The notes under the pieces: generated by a model
The model's input: the letters and a program-made list of their open reading frames with translations, nothing else
Databases searched by the model: none
What the model was told of the DNA's origin: nothing
From: Magnetococcales bacterium DC0425bin3
GTDB lineage: Bacteria > Pseudomonadota > Magnetococcia > Magnetococcales > DC0425bin3
DNA: 64,000 nucleotides
Reading direction: 5' to 3'
Assembly: GCA_002753665.1 (NCBI GenBank)
Contig: PEAP01000002.1
Span: forward strand, 14,365 to 78,364
Part shown: positions 38,533-49,044 of the stretch, piece by piece
How positions within the stretch are numbered: the stretch's first letter is position 1
Layout: each line of letters starts with the position of its first letter
Made by a program: the position numbers and the translations under genes

Positions 38533-39539
38533 TCTGGGTGGTCCGCAGGGGATTGTTTCAGCAGTTGCCGCAGTTCCGGCGGGGTGATCATCACCCCGTT
38601 GAGATCGCGGAGGAAAAAATCGAAAAAGCTTTCCAGCACTTGCAGGAACCGCTCCCGCTGCTCCGGGGTATGCACATAGGGCGTGTGGCCCGGCACCAGG
38701 GAGGGGGAGTGGAAGCTCAGGGTCATGACGGTGATGCCCCGCTGCACCAGAAAGCGGGCCAGGCGGATCAGATCGGTGAAGCTGTGCCCCTCGGGGGACA
38801 ATCGCAGCCGTTCCAGCAGGCCCAGGCGGGCCATGATTCCCGGTAAGCGCAGACGCCGCCCCGATGGAACGGTGGCGACCCGATGCAGCACCCGGCCGGC
38901 GCCGGCCAGCAGACCGATGAAGGCCCCGGTGGTGGGGAGGGCGAGCAGATGATCGTCCGATCCCAGCCAGTGGGGCCGGCAATCGGTGGCGGAATAGTCC
39001 GGCCCGCCGTCGGTGCTGAAATCGAAGGGTGGGGCCGGGCTGGCGTCCACCTCGTACCCCAATTGCAGCAGCAGCTCGGTGGTGTGGGGACCGCGGCCGT
39101 AGCGGCCCGCCTTGTAGCAGACCGGCGACCGGCCGAACCGCCTGGTGATGCGGGCGGTCAGGCGCAACAGTTTTTCCCGTTCCAGCTCCCGGGGCAGATT
39201 GCCGGGATAGCTGTTGAAGCGGGTCACCGGCTCCTCATGGGGTGGATTGACCCAGGGATGCAGATGCGCCCCGATGTCCGCGCGACCCTCCCGCACCCAG
39301 ACCACCAGATCCTGGCAAGCCTCCGGCCCCTCCACCACCGGCCAGTCCACCATGTAGAGCGGCCGGACACCATAGATCTCGCACAGCTCCTGAAAAGCCG
39401 GCAGGCCCGCCAGGGCCGCCACACCCACCACGCCGCGGTCGAGGGGGGCGGCCCAGTCGAACTCCTCCTCGGTATCCACCACCACGCAGAGTACGGGCCG
39501 TTCCCGCGGCGGCAGGTGAACGGGACGCTGGCTTTCCAT
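38529..39539 (-). CDS. WalW-like polysaccharide deacetylase
   Basis: VVDTEEEFDW, GAHLHPW, YKAGRYG, SFHSPSL.PG. Confidence 0.85.
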   Translation of the reverse strand: MESQRPVHLPPRERPVLCVVVDTEEEFDWAAPLDRGVVGVAALAGLPAFQELCEIYGVRPLYMVDWPVVEGPEACQDLVVWVREGRADIGAHLHPWVNPPHEEPVTRFNSYPGNLPRELEREKLLRLTARITRRFGRSPVCYKAGRYGRGPHTTELLLQLGYEVDASPAPPFDFSTDGGPDYSATDCRPHWLGSDDHLLALPTTGAFIGLLAGAGRVLHRVATVPSGRRLRLPGIMARLGLLERLRLSPEGHSFTDLIRLARFLVQRGITVMTLSFHSPSLVPGHTPYVHTPEQRERFLQVLESFFDFFLRDLNGVMITPPELRQLLKQSPADHPE

Positions 39540-39582
39540 TCATCCTCCCATGGGTTAACGTCCAAAGGATCGATTGTAGTCC

Positions 39583-40773
39583 ATGACGGAAGCCGCCACC
39601 ATGCATCACCCGCCCATCATCGCCTTCGCTCCCCATGCCTGGGAGGACCGCTGGCTCAGCCGGCAACAATTGCTGTCGCGCCTGGGGAGGCGGGGCTGGC
39701 CGGTACTGTATTCCCATGGTCCCCTGAGCCTGTGGGATCGGCACCGGCCCGAGTGGCGCCGGGCGGCATGGCGGGGCACCATCGACCACGCCGACGGGGT
39801 GCGCCTCGACCGGCCGGGACGCTGGCCGCCGCGCTGGCCCACCCGTCCCCACTGGGACCGCCTGGCCATCCGGCTCCACGCCCGGCATTTGATCGGCGCC
39901 ATGGCGGACTTTCCGGGCCGGGGCATCGCCCTGCTTTTTCATCCCCGGTTTGTCCCCTTTCTGGAGCCGCTGCAACCCCGCCGGGTGGTGTATCACGTTT
40001 ATGACGTGTTCGCCCTGATGGACGACTGGACCCCGGAGCTGGCCGGCCTGGAACGGACCCTGGTGGAGCGGGCCGACCTGATCACTGCCGCCTCGGAGGG
40101 CATGGCCCGCCTGCTGCCCGGCAGCGGGCCGGCCCGGGCCCGGGTGTTGCACAACGGGGCGGACGTGGGACGCTTTCTCGACGCCACCCGCCTGCCCTGC
40201 CCGCCGGATCTGGCCGCCATCCCCCGGCCCCGCATCGGCTATGTGGGCACGGTCAATGCCAAGATCGACCTGGAGATGGTGCTGCGGATCGCCGAGATCG
40301 AGCCGGACTGGCATTGGGTGTTCATCGGCCCGGTCATGGTGGATGGCGCCAGGCCCCGGGACCGGGAGGCCAAAGCCCTTTGGGAACGGTGCCTGGCCCG
40401 GCCCAACATCCACAGCCTGGGCCCCCGTCCCCGGGAGGCGGTGCCGGCCTACCTGGGTCACATGGATGTCAATGCCATCTGCTACCGCATCCGGGACGAT
40501 GATTGGGTGGTGTACGGTTACCCCGTCAAGCTCCATGAATGCCTGGCCACCGGCCTGCCCGTGGTGGCGGGAGCCCAGGAGGCGGTGCAGCGACATTTTT
40601 CCCAGGTCGCCGCCATCGCCGTTTCGGTCGAAGACTGGCACCAGGCCCTGGGACACGGCATTCACCAGGGCGGCCTGGCCACCCCCACCCAGCGCCGGGA
40701 GACGGCCCTGGGCCATGGCTGGGATCAGCGGGTCGATCTCTTGGAACAGTGGCTGACGGAGCTGGTCCGCTGA
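39583..40773 (+). CDS. Glycosyltransferase family 4 (TuaH-like)
   Basis: SRQQL, NGADV..F, RPRIGYVG, PVKLHECLATGLPVV. Confidence 0.85.
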   Translation: MTEAATMHHPPIIAFAPHAWEDRWLSRQQLLSRLGRRGWPVLYSHGPLSLWDRHRPEWRRAAWRGTIDHADGVRLDRPGRWPPRWPTRPHWDRLAIRLHARHLIGAMADFPGRGIALLFHPRFVPFLEPLQPRRVVYHVYDVFALMDDWTPELAGLERTLVERADLITAASEGMARLLPGSGPARARVLHNGADVGRFLDATRLPCPPDLAAIPRPRIGYVGTVNAKIDLEMVLRIAEIEPDWHWVFIGPVMVDGARPRDREAKALWERCLARPNIHSLGPRPREAVPAYLGHMDVNAICYRIRDDDWVVYGYPVKLHECLATGLPVVAGAQEAVQRHFSQVAAIAVSVEDWHQALGHGIHQGGLATPTQRRETALGHGWDQRVDLLEQWLTELVR

Positions 40774-40879
40774 CCCCGGACCGGAGCCCCCGGTCGGGGG
40801 ATCATTTCTCCTGGAGCCCAGGATAGCGAACAGCTACGATCAACCCATTGGTCTTCCGCCACAGCTTGGGGCAATCCGC

Positions 40880-43009
40880 ATGCATGCCAGCTTTTTTTCC
40901 CGTCTTGTCGAGTTGTTCAACGCCGACTCCGGCCTGAATGGGAGGGGGGTTTCCTGGGCCACCAGACTGTTCAGCCAGGGACCCCGGAAATGGGCTCGAT
41001 TCAACCTCAACGCCGATGCCAAGGTCCTGCTGGACGGCAGCAAGTCCCTGATCACAGTCCGGGTCAAGGACCTCAGCGATGATGGCGCCCTGATCTGTTC
41101 CGCCACCCAGCAGGGATTCTTGAAAACCGGGCAGGAGGGTTATGTGTTCCTGCCGCTGGGCTCCGAAGAGGATGCGGCGGCCAAATTTTCCCGCCATTTT
41201 CAGGTAGTGCGGGAAAAAGGCTTTTGCTGTGGCCTCAAGTTTCTCGACACCGACCACCCTGAGAAGCGACCGCTTCATCTCATCTCTTTTCCGAAGGTCT
41301 ACATTCGTCGGAACAACTGGGAATTTGAAGACAATTGGGAATTGTTGAACTGGAAGATCCCCCGGGACAATCTCATTCTCAATGGTCTGATCGACCGCGA
41401 TATCATCCATAATATCCATGAGTTCATGGAGCATTACAACGAACCTCCAGCCATCTGTCGCCAGACCCTGGAGCGGGAGGGAAACAACGTCGCCTTCCGC
41501 CTGGTCCGGTTCCGGCAGCTCCTGGAATTTCACCAGCAGGCCCTGGACCATTTCAAGGAAGGCGACCTTGTCAGACTGCGGGAGCGCATCAAGGACGAGG
41601 TCACCCAGAAAGAGTGTTACCAGAGAAAATACCGGGAGCTGCGGGAGAGTTTCCAATACGTCGATTATAAATATCGGGTCCTTCAGGAAAAACTGACCCT
41701 TTTCGAAAAAGGGGCCGCCCTGTCCGCCCAGGCTGCCAAAAAGAACGATGACACCACCACGTTGATGCAATCCATTGCCAAGGCGGAGGTCATTTCCAGG
41801 CACGCGGTTTCTCTCGACGCCGACGACGAACCTCTCCTGTCGTTCGGATCTTCGGCCGCTTTCGATCCGCCCCCGGAGCGGAAGGCCGCCCCAGCCCCGG
41901 CCTTGGCCGTGTCCGCGGGACAGGGGAAAGGTTCAGGACCATCACCCGGGTCGGCCACGTCCAGACAGGGGAAAGGTCCGGAGCCATCGGGTGCTGGGCC
42001 ATCGAGTCCGGGGTCGACCGCGGCCGCGGAACGAGCGCGTCCCGTACTCCAGGAGCCGGCCCCCGTTGCCAGACGCCCCGGCCGCTGGCTCCTGCCGGTT
42101 GCAGTGACCGGCGGATTGGTCATGGCCACGGGTTTGGTCCTGTTCCTTTCTCATCATCGGGACCATCCCGGTTTCGGTCCGCCATCCACACCCCAGCCCG
42201 CATCGAACCCGACCAGGACGGAGATGGTTCCCCCCGCGACCGTCGCCAAGCCGAATCCACCTCCCCCAACTACCGTCCCGGCGGTGACCGCGGAGGTACC
42301 CCCCGTGCCTCCGGCGGCCCCCGCCGTCATCCATCCTCCCGCGCAGCAACCTCCTCCGGTGGCCCCCGCCCCGGTGGCGTCTGGAACAACATCGCCGGTC
42401 GCAGGGGAAGGACCCCGTCCTCCAGAGTCGATCCCGACGAGGCAGCCCCCACGCCAGCCTCCCAGCCAGCCCATGCCTTCCAGGCGTCCAGAGGAGCCGC
42501 CGGGGATGAATGCCGGGCCGATGACCCAGCTCGATCCGGCGGTCCAGAGCCGCCTCGACGGCCTGCTGGCCAAGGCCGGGCAACTCCTGGATCAGGGCCG
42601 TCTCACCCGGCCGGAGGGGGATAATGCGCTGGCCGTCATCCGTCAAGCTCAGGCCCAGGCCCCGGGCCACCACGGGGTGGGCCAAGCCCTGGAACGTCTG
42701 GTGACCAGCCTGCTGGGATTTGTCAGGCAGGACATCGCCGCGCAGCGGTTGAGCAAGCCCGTCGGCTCCAGCGCCCTGGATCGGGTGAAGGTGGCCGCGG
42801 AGTTGCTGCCTGGCCACCCGGCCATCCCGGCCGCCCAGGGCGATATCATCCAGGCCTATCAGCGTCTGTATCAGGAGGAACGTGCGCACGACCCAAAAAC
42901 CGCCCTGGCCTACCTCAAGAAGGCCGCCAGCGTTTTCCCGGAGCATGCACTGACCGCTGCGGTGCAGGAGGAACTGAAGAACGTCGGTCCCGACGGTTCC
43001 CGACGTTGA
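40880..43009 (+). CDS. Membrane protein: PilZ-like N-terminus, TM, Pro-rich linker, helical periplasmic domain
   Basis: RKWARF..DLSDDGA (RxxxR/DxSxxG); single TM; repeated RLTRP.GDNAL / RLSKP.GSSAL. Confidence 0.65.
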   Translation: MHASFFSRLVELFNADSGLNGRGVSWATRLFSQGPRKWARFNLNADAKVLLDGSKSLITVRVKDLSDDGALICSATQQGFLKTGQEGYVFLPLGSEEDAAAKFSRHFQVVREKGFCCGLKFLDTDHPEKRPLHLISFPKVYIRRNNWEFEDNWELLNWKIPRDNLILNGLIDRDIIHNIHEFMEHYNEPPAICRQTLEREGNNVAFRLVRFRQLLEFHQQALDHFKEGDLVRLRERIKDEVTQKECYQRKYRELRESFQYVDYKYRVLQEKLTLFEKGAALSAQAAKKNDDTTTLMQSIAKAEVISRHAVSLDADDEPLLSFGSSAAFDPPPERKAAPAPALAVSAGQGKGSGPSPGSATSRQGKGPEPSGAGPSSPGSTAAAERARPVLQEPAPVARRPGRWLLPVAVTGGLVMATGLVLFLSHHRDHPGFGPPSTPQPASNPTRTEMVPPATVAKPNPPPPTTVPAVTAEVPPVPPAAPAVIHPPAQQPPPVAPAPVASGTTSPVAGEGPRPPESIPTRQPPRQPPSQPMPSRRPEEPPGMNAGPMTQLDPAVQSRLDGLLAKAGQLLDQGRLTRPEGDNALAVIRQAQAQAPGHHGVGQALERLVTSLLGFVRQDIAAQRLSKPVGSSALDRVKVAAELLPGHPAIPAAQGDIIQAYQRLYQEERAHDPKTALAYLKKAASVFPEHALTAAVQEELKNVGPDGSRR

Positions 43010-43164
43010 AAAGCCATGAATGGCTTTTCAACGTTCTGCCGAAACCATTTTTCCATAAGTTTCCGGACCGTGCAAAGGAAAACGCACGGCAGCGGATGGC
43101 CGTGCATATTCCTCGAGCGGGACATGCCGTTCCCGGGACTGATGGTTCGCCCCGGGACTGTCGG

Positions 43165-43584
43165 TCAGGCGTCCAGAATCCCTTGCTTGCGCAGGAAGCC
43201 CACAAAATTCATGTCGTTGCGCTGAATATGCTCCACCAGCCAGTTGCGGATGAAGCGGCCCATGGCTTCGGACGGGGTTTGGCCGTCGGCGAACTGCTGG
43301 TCGAGTTCCCGGAACCGGGTCAGCAGTTGGCGATGCACCGCCCGGTGTTCCACCGTGCCCGGGTAATTGTGGGCGGACATGAGGCGTTCCTCACGTCGGA
43401 AATGATGTTCGCTGAAAGTGTAGAGGTCATGCAGGGCCCGGTCGCGGCTCATCGGAGAAGCCCGGGGGTCGAGGAGCGCCCCCAGGAGGAAATTGGTGAC
43501 CTCCACCAGTTTCTGATGGTCACGGTCCAGCTCGGCCACACCCAGCAGCAGGGTATCGTCCAGGTGGATCAATTGCTCGGCCAT
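43165..43584 (-). CDS. Bacteriohemerythrin
   Basis: LDRDH, HFRREE, HRAVH, WLVEHIQRND iron ligands. Confidence 0.9.
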   Translation of the reverse strand: MAEQLIHLDDTLLLGVAELDRDHQKLVEVTNFLLGALLDPRASPMSRDRALHDLYTFSEHHFRREERLMSAHNYPGTVEHRAVHRQLLTRFRELDQQFADGQTPSEAMGRFIRNWLVEHIQRNDMNFVGFLRKQGILDA

Positions 43585-43723
43585 GCGTCCTCCCCTGATA
43601 ACGGGCAGATCGGTTGAAGGTCAGGCGGCGGAGGATATTGGCATATTGGAATGTAAAATTCAAACTGCTAAACTGCCAATGGATTCGATGTCACTGGGGG
43701 AATCGGGATAACGGAGGCCGGAG

Positions 43724-44356
43724 ATGATGGGCATGCGACGGGCGGGTCTGATCGGTTTGGGAACCCTGGCACTCCTGGCGGGCGGCTGTGGCAGCCAGCA
43801 GACGGTGGTCCGGAGCCAACCCCCCGGGGTCAATCCCTGGAACAATCTCAACGACGACCAGGGACAGGCCGTGGCCGGGGTGCAATGCTACTACTGTCCC
43901 GGCAGCGCTGCCGGATCATCCGACGTTGCCGGGCCGGGGGACGACGATGGCGACGGTGTCGCCAACGATCTGGACCAGTGCGGCGCCACCCCGCCGGGGG
44001 TGCGGACCGATGCCGCTGGCTGCTGGATCCTGGAGACCGTCCACTTTGCAACCGGTCGGGTCGACCTCTCGCCCGAGTCCCGGGCTGCCCTGGACGAACT
44101 GGTGACCCTGCTGCAGGACAAACCGGGTCTGCGCCTGGACGTGACCGGACATGCCGACTCCACCGGCGACTGGTTCTACAATGACCAGCTCTCCTGGATC
44201 CGGGCCAGGCGCGTGGTGGATTATCTCTGGACCAGGGGCATCTCCAAGGACCGGATGCGGGCCGTGGGCTATGGCGAGGGGCGGCCCGAGGCCGGCAACG
44301 ACAATCCTGCGGGACGCGCCAGGAACCGCCGGGTGGCCCTCCAATTGTTGCAGTGA
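43724..44356 (+). CDS. OmpA-family lipoprotein
   Basis: Lipobox AGGC; DDDGDGV..DQC; GHADSTG..YN..LS..RA, NRRV. Confidence 0.88.
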   Translation: MMGMRRAGLIGLGTLALLAGGCGSQQTVVRSQPPGVNPWNNLNDDQGQAVAGVQCYYCPGSAAGSSDVAGPGDDDGDGVANDLDQCGATPPGVRTDAAGCWILETVHFATGRVDLSPESRAALDELVTLLQDKPGLRLDVTGHADSTGDWFYNDQLSWIRARRVVDYLWTRGISKDRMRAVGYGEGRPEAGNDNPAGRARNRRVALQLLQ

Positions 44357-44434
44357 CCTTCGGCCACCCTCCGGTCGTGGAACGAGGGGGGATGGCCGGT
44401 GGGCCAGTCTCCCCCCTGATCCTTACCGTGCCCC

Positions 44435-45997
44435 ATGCTGTTCAATTCACCCGTCTTTCTGTTTCTGTTCCTGCCCCTGACCCTGGGCGCAATCCATTGG
44501 CTGAGCCGCCGGGATGACCGCCGTCCGGCCCTGGCGCTGCTGACCACCGCCTCCCTGTTCTTCTACGGTTGGTGGAATCCCGGCCATCTTCCCTTGATCC
44601 TGGCCTCCATGGGGGTCAATTTCGGCCTCGGCCTGCTCCTGCAACGGCTGTCCGGACCCGCCAACCGCCTGGTGTTGATCCTGGGGTTGGCGGCCAATCT
44701 GGGATTGCTTGGCTATTACAAATACACGGCCTTCGTTCTGCACAATTTCAATGCGTTCCTGGACAGCCCCCTGCCGGTCCCCGCCATCGTGCTTCCCCTG
44801 GGCATTTCCTTCTTCACCTTCCAGCAGATGGCCTATCTGGTGGATACCGCCCGGGGCGAAGCCGCGGAATCCCGTTTTCTGCCCTATGCCCTGTTCGTCA
44901 CCTTCTTTCCCCAACTGATCGCCGGTCCCATCGTGCATCGCCGCACGGTCATGCACCAGTTCGTCCGACCCGGGGCCTTGCGCCTGCAGCTGGACAACAT
45001 GGTGATCGGCCTGACGGTCTTCATCCTGGGGTTGGCCAAGAAGGTCCTGATCGCCGACTCCCTGGCCCACTATGCCAACCCGGTGTTCACCGCCGCGGAA
45101 CAGGGCTTGGCCTTGTCCTGGATCGAGGCCTGGGGCGGGGCCCTGGCCTATACCTTGCAGATCTATTTCGACTTTTCCGGCTATTCCGAAATGGCCCTGG
45201 GATTGGGATTCCTGTTCGGCATCCAGCTGCCGCTCAATTTCAATTCACCTTACAAGTCCCTGAACATCATCGATTTTTGGCGCCGCTGGCACATCACCCT
45301 GTCCCATTTCCTGCGGGATTATCTCTACATCCCCCTGGGCGGCAGCCGTCTCGGCGCGACGCGACGCCATGGGAACCTGATGATTACCATGCTGCTGGGC
45401 GGGCTGTGGCACGGGGCGGGCTGGACCTTCGTGGTCTGGGGAGGTTTGCATGGAGGGTATCTGGTCATCAACCATCTCTGGCGTCGGCTGCGTCCCCAGT
45501 CCCTCGCAACCAACTGGCAACCGGGTGGGACGGTGCTGGCCTGGGGCCTGACTTTCGGCGCCGTGGTGGTGGCCTGGGTCTTCTTCCGGGCCAACAGTCT
45601 CGCCGGGGCCTGGGGTCTGCTGCGGGCCATGTTCGGTGGCAACGGCCTGGATCTGCCCCGCACCCTGGCGCCATGGTTGGCGCCGTTGGTCGAAGCCTGG
45701 CCGTCCACGGTCTGCCGTTTCGACGGTGCTGCTCCCCATGACCTGTTTTCGCTGCCACACCTGGCCCTGTGCCTGAAGGGTCTGCTGCCCCTGGTGGTCT
45801 GGTTTCCCAACGTCATGCAACTGGTCCATCAGCACCGGCCCCATCCCGAACTGCCGGTAACCCTTCGCGATCCCTGGCATTATCGCTGGCTGACCTGGAA
45901 CCCGGGGCCGGCCTGGGGACTGTTCATGGCCCTGGTGCTGGGACTGTGCATGGCTCATCTGAGCCGGGTCAGCGAATTCCTCTATTTTCAGTTCTGA
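44435..45997 (+). CDS. MBOAT family O-acyltransferase (AlgI/DltB-like)
   Basis: [46 protein letters not shown]. Confidence 0.93.
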   Translation: MLFNSPVFLFLFLPLTLGAIHWLSRRDDRRPALALLTTASLFFYGWWNPGHLPLILASMGVNFGLGLLLQRLSGPANRLVLILGLAANLGLLGYYKYTAFVLHNFNAFLDSPLPVPAIVLPLGISFFTFQQMAYLVDTARGEAAESRFLPYALFVTFFPQLIAGPIVHRRTVMHQFVRPGALRLQLDNMVIGLTVFILGLAKKVLIADSLAHYANPVFTAAEQGLALSWIEAWGGALAYTLQIYFDFSGYSEMALGLGFLFGIQLPLNFNSPYKSLNIIDFWRRWHITLSHFLRDYLYIPLGGSRLGATRRHGNLMITMLLGGLWHGAGWTFVVWGGLHGGYLVINHLWRRLRPQSLATNWQPGGTVLAWGLTFGAVVVAWVFFRANSLAGAWGLLRAMFGGNGLDLPRTLAPWLAPLVEAWPSTVCRFDGAAPHDLFSLPHLALCLKGLLPLVVWFPNVMQLVHQHRPHPELPVTLRDPWHYRWLTWNPGPAWGLFMALVLGLCMAHLSRVSEFLYFQF

Positions 45998-46017
45998 AGG
46001 AGCCTGGGCGCACCATC

Positions 46018-47049
46018 ATGAGCGATCACGCCAGCGGCACTGCGCCGGCCATGAGGCGCTATCTGGGACTGGTCTGCGGCGGGGCGGCGCTGGGTCTGGG
46101 ACTGGTGCTGGTCTTCAATCTGGCCTATGACCCCCTGTGGTACTTCCAGGGCAACCGGCTGGGACCGTTCAACTTCGCTTTCAACGAGCGGCTGTCCAAA
46201 CCCAACCAGTTCCTCAAGATCGCCCCGGACCGCCTTGACTGCCTCATCCTGGGCAGTTCACGGGCGACCCTGATCCAGACCCGGGATGTTCCGGGGCACC
46301 ACTGTTTCAACTTTGCCGTCAGTTCCGGCGGGGTGGAGGAAAGCGTGGCCCTGGCCCGCTATGCCCAGGCCCACGGGGTGCGGGCCAAACGGTTGCTGAT
46401 CAGCCTGGACGATTTCAATTTCATGGCTCCCGGTCCCGGCACCATTCCCGACTTCATCCGCCGCCTGGAGCGCCCCCCCTGGTTTCTGTTCCAATATCTG
46501 TCCATCGACACCCTGGCGTTTTCCCTCCGGCTCCGGCGCGGCGACTCGCCCTTGGATCGGGTCTACGACCGGCGGTTCCAGGCAGTCGTGCGGCCGGGAC
46601 GGCCTCCCTACCGGCCCTGCGCTGACCCGGAAATCCAGGTGCCTCTCGGGCACCCCCTCACCGCAGAGAAGATCACCCAATTCAGCACGCTGCGGGACCT
46701 CTTTCCAGAGGCCGCCCTCCATGCCTACCTGCCCCCCCAGAGCATTCCTCGGGTGCGGCGGCTGTTGACGGGATACGGGCGGGCAACCTTCCTGACCCTG
46801 ATGGTCCAGGCCGGCCGGATGTTCGACTCGCTGCACGACTTCGCCATCCCCTCGGCGGTCACCGCCGACGCGACTCTCACTTATGACGGCAGCCATTACC
46901 TGCCGGAGGTGAACCGGCGCCTGGTCGCGGCCATCCTGGCGGGCGAGGACGGCTTCGGCCTGCGGGTGGACGGCCTGCCGCTGGAACGCTATCTGGCCGC
47001 CTACGACCAGGCCCTGGTCCGCTTCGGCGCCGAGTGCCAACCGCCATGA
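46018..47049 (+). CDS. MBOAT-associated SGNH-like membrane-anchored protein
   Basis: N-terminal TM + DP; ILGSSR, FNFAV.SG, YDGSHY (DxxH). Confidence 0.65.
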   Translation: MSDHASGTAPAMRRYLGLVCGGAALGLGLVLVFNLAYDPLWYFQGNRLGPFNFAFNERLSKPNQFLKIAPDRLDCLILGSSRATLIQTRDVPGHHCFNFAVSSGGVEESVALARYAQAHGVRAKRLLISLDDFNFMAPGPGTIPDFIRRLERPPWFLFQYLSIDTLAFSLRLRRGDSPLDRVYDRRFQAVVRPGRPPYRPCADPEIQVPLGHPLTAEKITQFSTLRDLFPEAALHAYLPPQSIPRVRRLLTGYGRATFLTLMVQAGRMFDSLHDFAIPSAVTADATLTYDGSHYLPEVNRRLVAAILAGEDGFGLRVDGLPLERYLAAYDQALVRFGAECQPP

Positions 47050-47055
47050 CCAGTC

Positions 47056-48945
47056 TCAATCCTCCCAAACCACCGCGATGGGCGGGTGATGTTCCCGATA
47101 GCCCTCCAGAGGCAGCCGCCACCGCTCCCCGGTGGCGTCCTGGGGTTGGAAGCCGAACTTCCGGTACAGGTCCTGCACCAGGCCGTTGCGGTCGGTGGGG
47201 CGGTAGAGTCCCACCAGGGCGGTCAGGCCCTGCTGTCGGGCGGCCTGCACCAGGTGATCCAGTACCAGGTGTTCCACCTGCCGCTCGAAGACCCGGCAGC
47301 TCATGAGCCAGGTATCGATCAGCCAAGTGTCGTCCTCCCGGCGGCAGACGACCAGGGCGATGATGCCGTTGTCGCCGAAGCGGTCTTCCAGGCGCACCTG
47401 CAGGGTGAAGGTATCCGGCGCCTGCTCCAGGGCGGCGATTTCCGCCTGGGTGTAGCGCCGGGTGGTGAGGTTGAACTGGTTGGTCTTGTTCACCAGCTGG
47501 GTGATGCGGGCGCGGTCCCGCTCCCGGAACGGGGCCAGCCGGGCGCGCATGGCCAGCGACCGCAGATAGGCGGACAGATCGCCGGTGGTGGCGGCCAGCT
47601 CCTGGCGGGCCAGATTGGCACGATACTGGTCGGCCCGCTGGAAATCCTCGGCGCTGACGTGCACCGCCTCGAAATAGCCCGCCGCCCACAGCACCCGGGG
47701 GTAGAGGGCGGGATCGTCCGGCAACTCCGGCACCGCCACGGTGGGCAAGGCGGTGCGCACTTCATGCCGCTCGACCGGGTTGTCATCCAGCAGCACCAGG
47801 GCATCGAGCCCCAGATTGAGCTGTTCGGCAATGCGCCGGAGGTTGGCGGATTTGGGCTGCCAGTTGGCCACCAGCAGGGCGATGTCCTCCTCCCGGAGGA
47901 CCATCTCGCCATGCTCCCGGAACGGCCTGCGGGCGGTGTCCTCGTTGTTCTTGGAGCAGACCGCCAGCACCACACCCCGGCGGCGATAGTCCCGGGCCAT
48001 GGTCTGCACGGCCACGAAGGCCTCCCCGAGTGGATTCCCCTGGCCCAGTTGGATCCCCTCCAGGCCGTCGTCGCCGATCACGCCGCCCCACAGGGTGTTA
48101 TCCAGATCCAGCACCAGGCATTTGCGGCTCTTGCCCCGCGCCGCTGCCACCAGCCGGGCCACATGATCGGCATAGCAGGGGATCAGCGTCTGGTCGAAGG
48201 GCAGTTTGGCCACATGCCACTGCACCGGGTCGTACCAGCGGCCGGTGCCCACCAGGGCCGCCAGGGCCTCGGCATCCAGCAGCAGGGCGTCATCGGCCCG
48301 GGCCCGTTGGGCCAGGTGATCGTTCCAGACCCGCAACCGGCCGGCCAGGGCCAGGGGGGTCTGCCGGTCCAGATGGCCGAACAGGCTGTCCGGCGGCAGG
48401 GGCACGGTTTGCAGGATGACGGTGTGGATGCCATGGCCCTTGAGGGTCTGGATCACGGTGTCCAACTGGTCCCGGGCGGTCGCGATGACCCCCTCTCCGC
48501 GCGCCTGGGGCTCCGGGGGCGGGAACGGCAGGCTGCGGTGATCCGGAGTCAGCAGCACCGCGTCGGGCCGGGCCCGGACCACCGGGGAATCGGCGTCCAG
48601 GGCATCCTGGACCAGTTGACCGTACCGTCCGGTGACCACCTCCAGGTCGATGCCATGGCGCAGGGCGCTGGCGGTCAGGCAGGGCGCCAGCAGATCCAGG
48701 GTGCCGGTGCCGAGAATTCCCAGTTTGAAGGGGGTGGGGGTCAACGGTGCCCGCCGGGTCACCCGGGCCTGTATCAGCAGCCGTCCCAGGCGGTCCGACT
48801 GGGCATATCCCAGGCCATGGCTGGCCAGGTGGCGGGCGGTCGCCGCGAAGTCCGCGCCGGTCAGGCCCGACAATTCCCGGCAGCGGTCACGAAAGTCCTG
48901 GGGCGGGGGCAACAGCCAGGGCAGGGTTTCAGGTTGCCAGGTCAC
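47056..48945 (-). CDS. FkbH-like HAD-IIIC glyceryl transferase/phosphatase
   Basis: KCLVLDLDNTLWGG, CSKN, DDNPVE, KTNQFNL, MSCRV. Confidence 0.92.
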   Translation of the reverse strand: MTWQPETLPWLLPPPQDFRDRCRELSGLTGADFAATARHLASHGLGYAQSDRLGRLLIQARVTRRAPLTPTPFKLGILGTGTLDLLAPCLTASALRHGIDLEVVTGRYGQLVQDALDADSPVVRARPDAVLLTPDHRSLPFPPPEPQARGEGVIATARDQLDTVIQTLKGHGIHTVILQTVPLPPDSLFGHLDRQTPLALAGRLRVWNDHLAQRARADDALLLDAEALAALVGTGRWYDPVQWHVAKLPFDQTLIPCYADHVARLVAAARGKSRKCLVLDLDNTLWGGVIGDDGLEGIQLGQGNPLGEAFVAVQTMARDYRRRGVVLAVCSKNNEDTARRPFREHGEMVLREEDIALLVANWQPKSANLRRIAEQLNLGLDALVLLDDNPVERHEVRTALPTVAVPELPDDPALYPRVLWAAGYFEAVHVSAEDFQRADQYRANLARQELAATTGDLSAYLRSLAMRARLAPFRERDRARITQLVNKTNQFNLTTRRYTQAEIAALEQAPDTFTLQVRLEDRFGDNGIIALVVCRREDDTWLIDTWLMSCRVFERQVEHLVLDHLVQAARQQGLTALVGLYRPTDRNGLVQDLYRKFGFQPQDATGERWRLPLEGYREHHPPIAVVWED

Positions 48946-48972
48946 GGGAGGGGTCTCCTCTGGCGCTTCCGG

Positions 48973-49044
48973 GTTACCGTGAAAGTCGCGGAGCGACTTT
49001 CATCGGTGGAGGGTGGAGGGAGGCTTCCCCCATCCATGAAAGTC
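48973..49044 (-). repeat. Dispersed palindromic element, copy G (full)
   Basis: TTACCGTGAAAGTCGC-GGA-GCGACTTTCATCGGTGGAGGGTGGAGGGAGGCTTCCCCCATCCATGAAAGTC. Confidence 0.92.

Noticed and set aside
43165-44356. Magnetosome island signal
   Set aside because: Hemerythrin and OmpA are generic; no mam/mms genes are recognisable.
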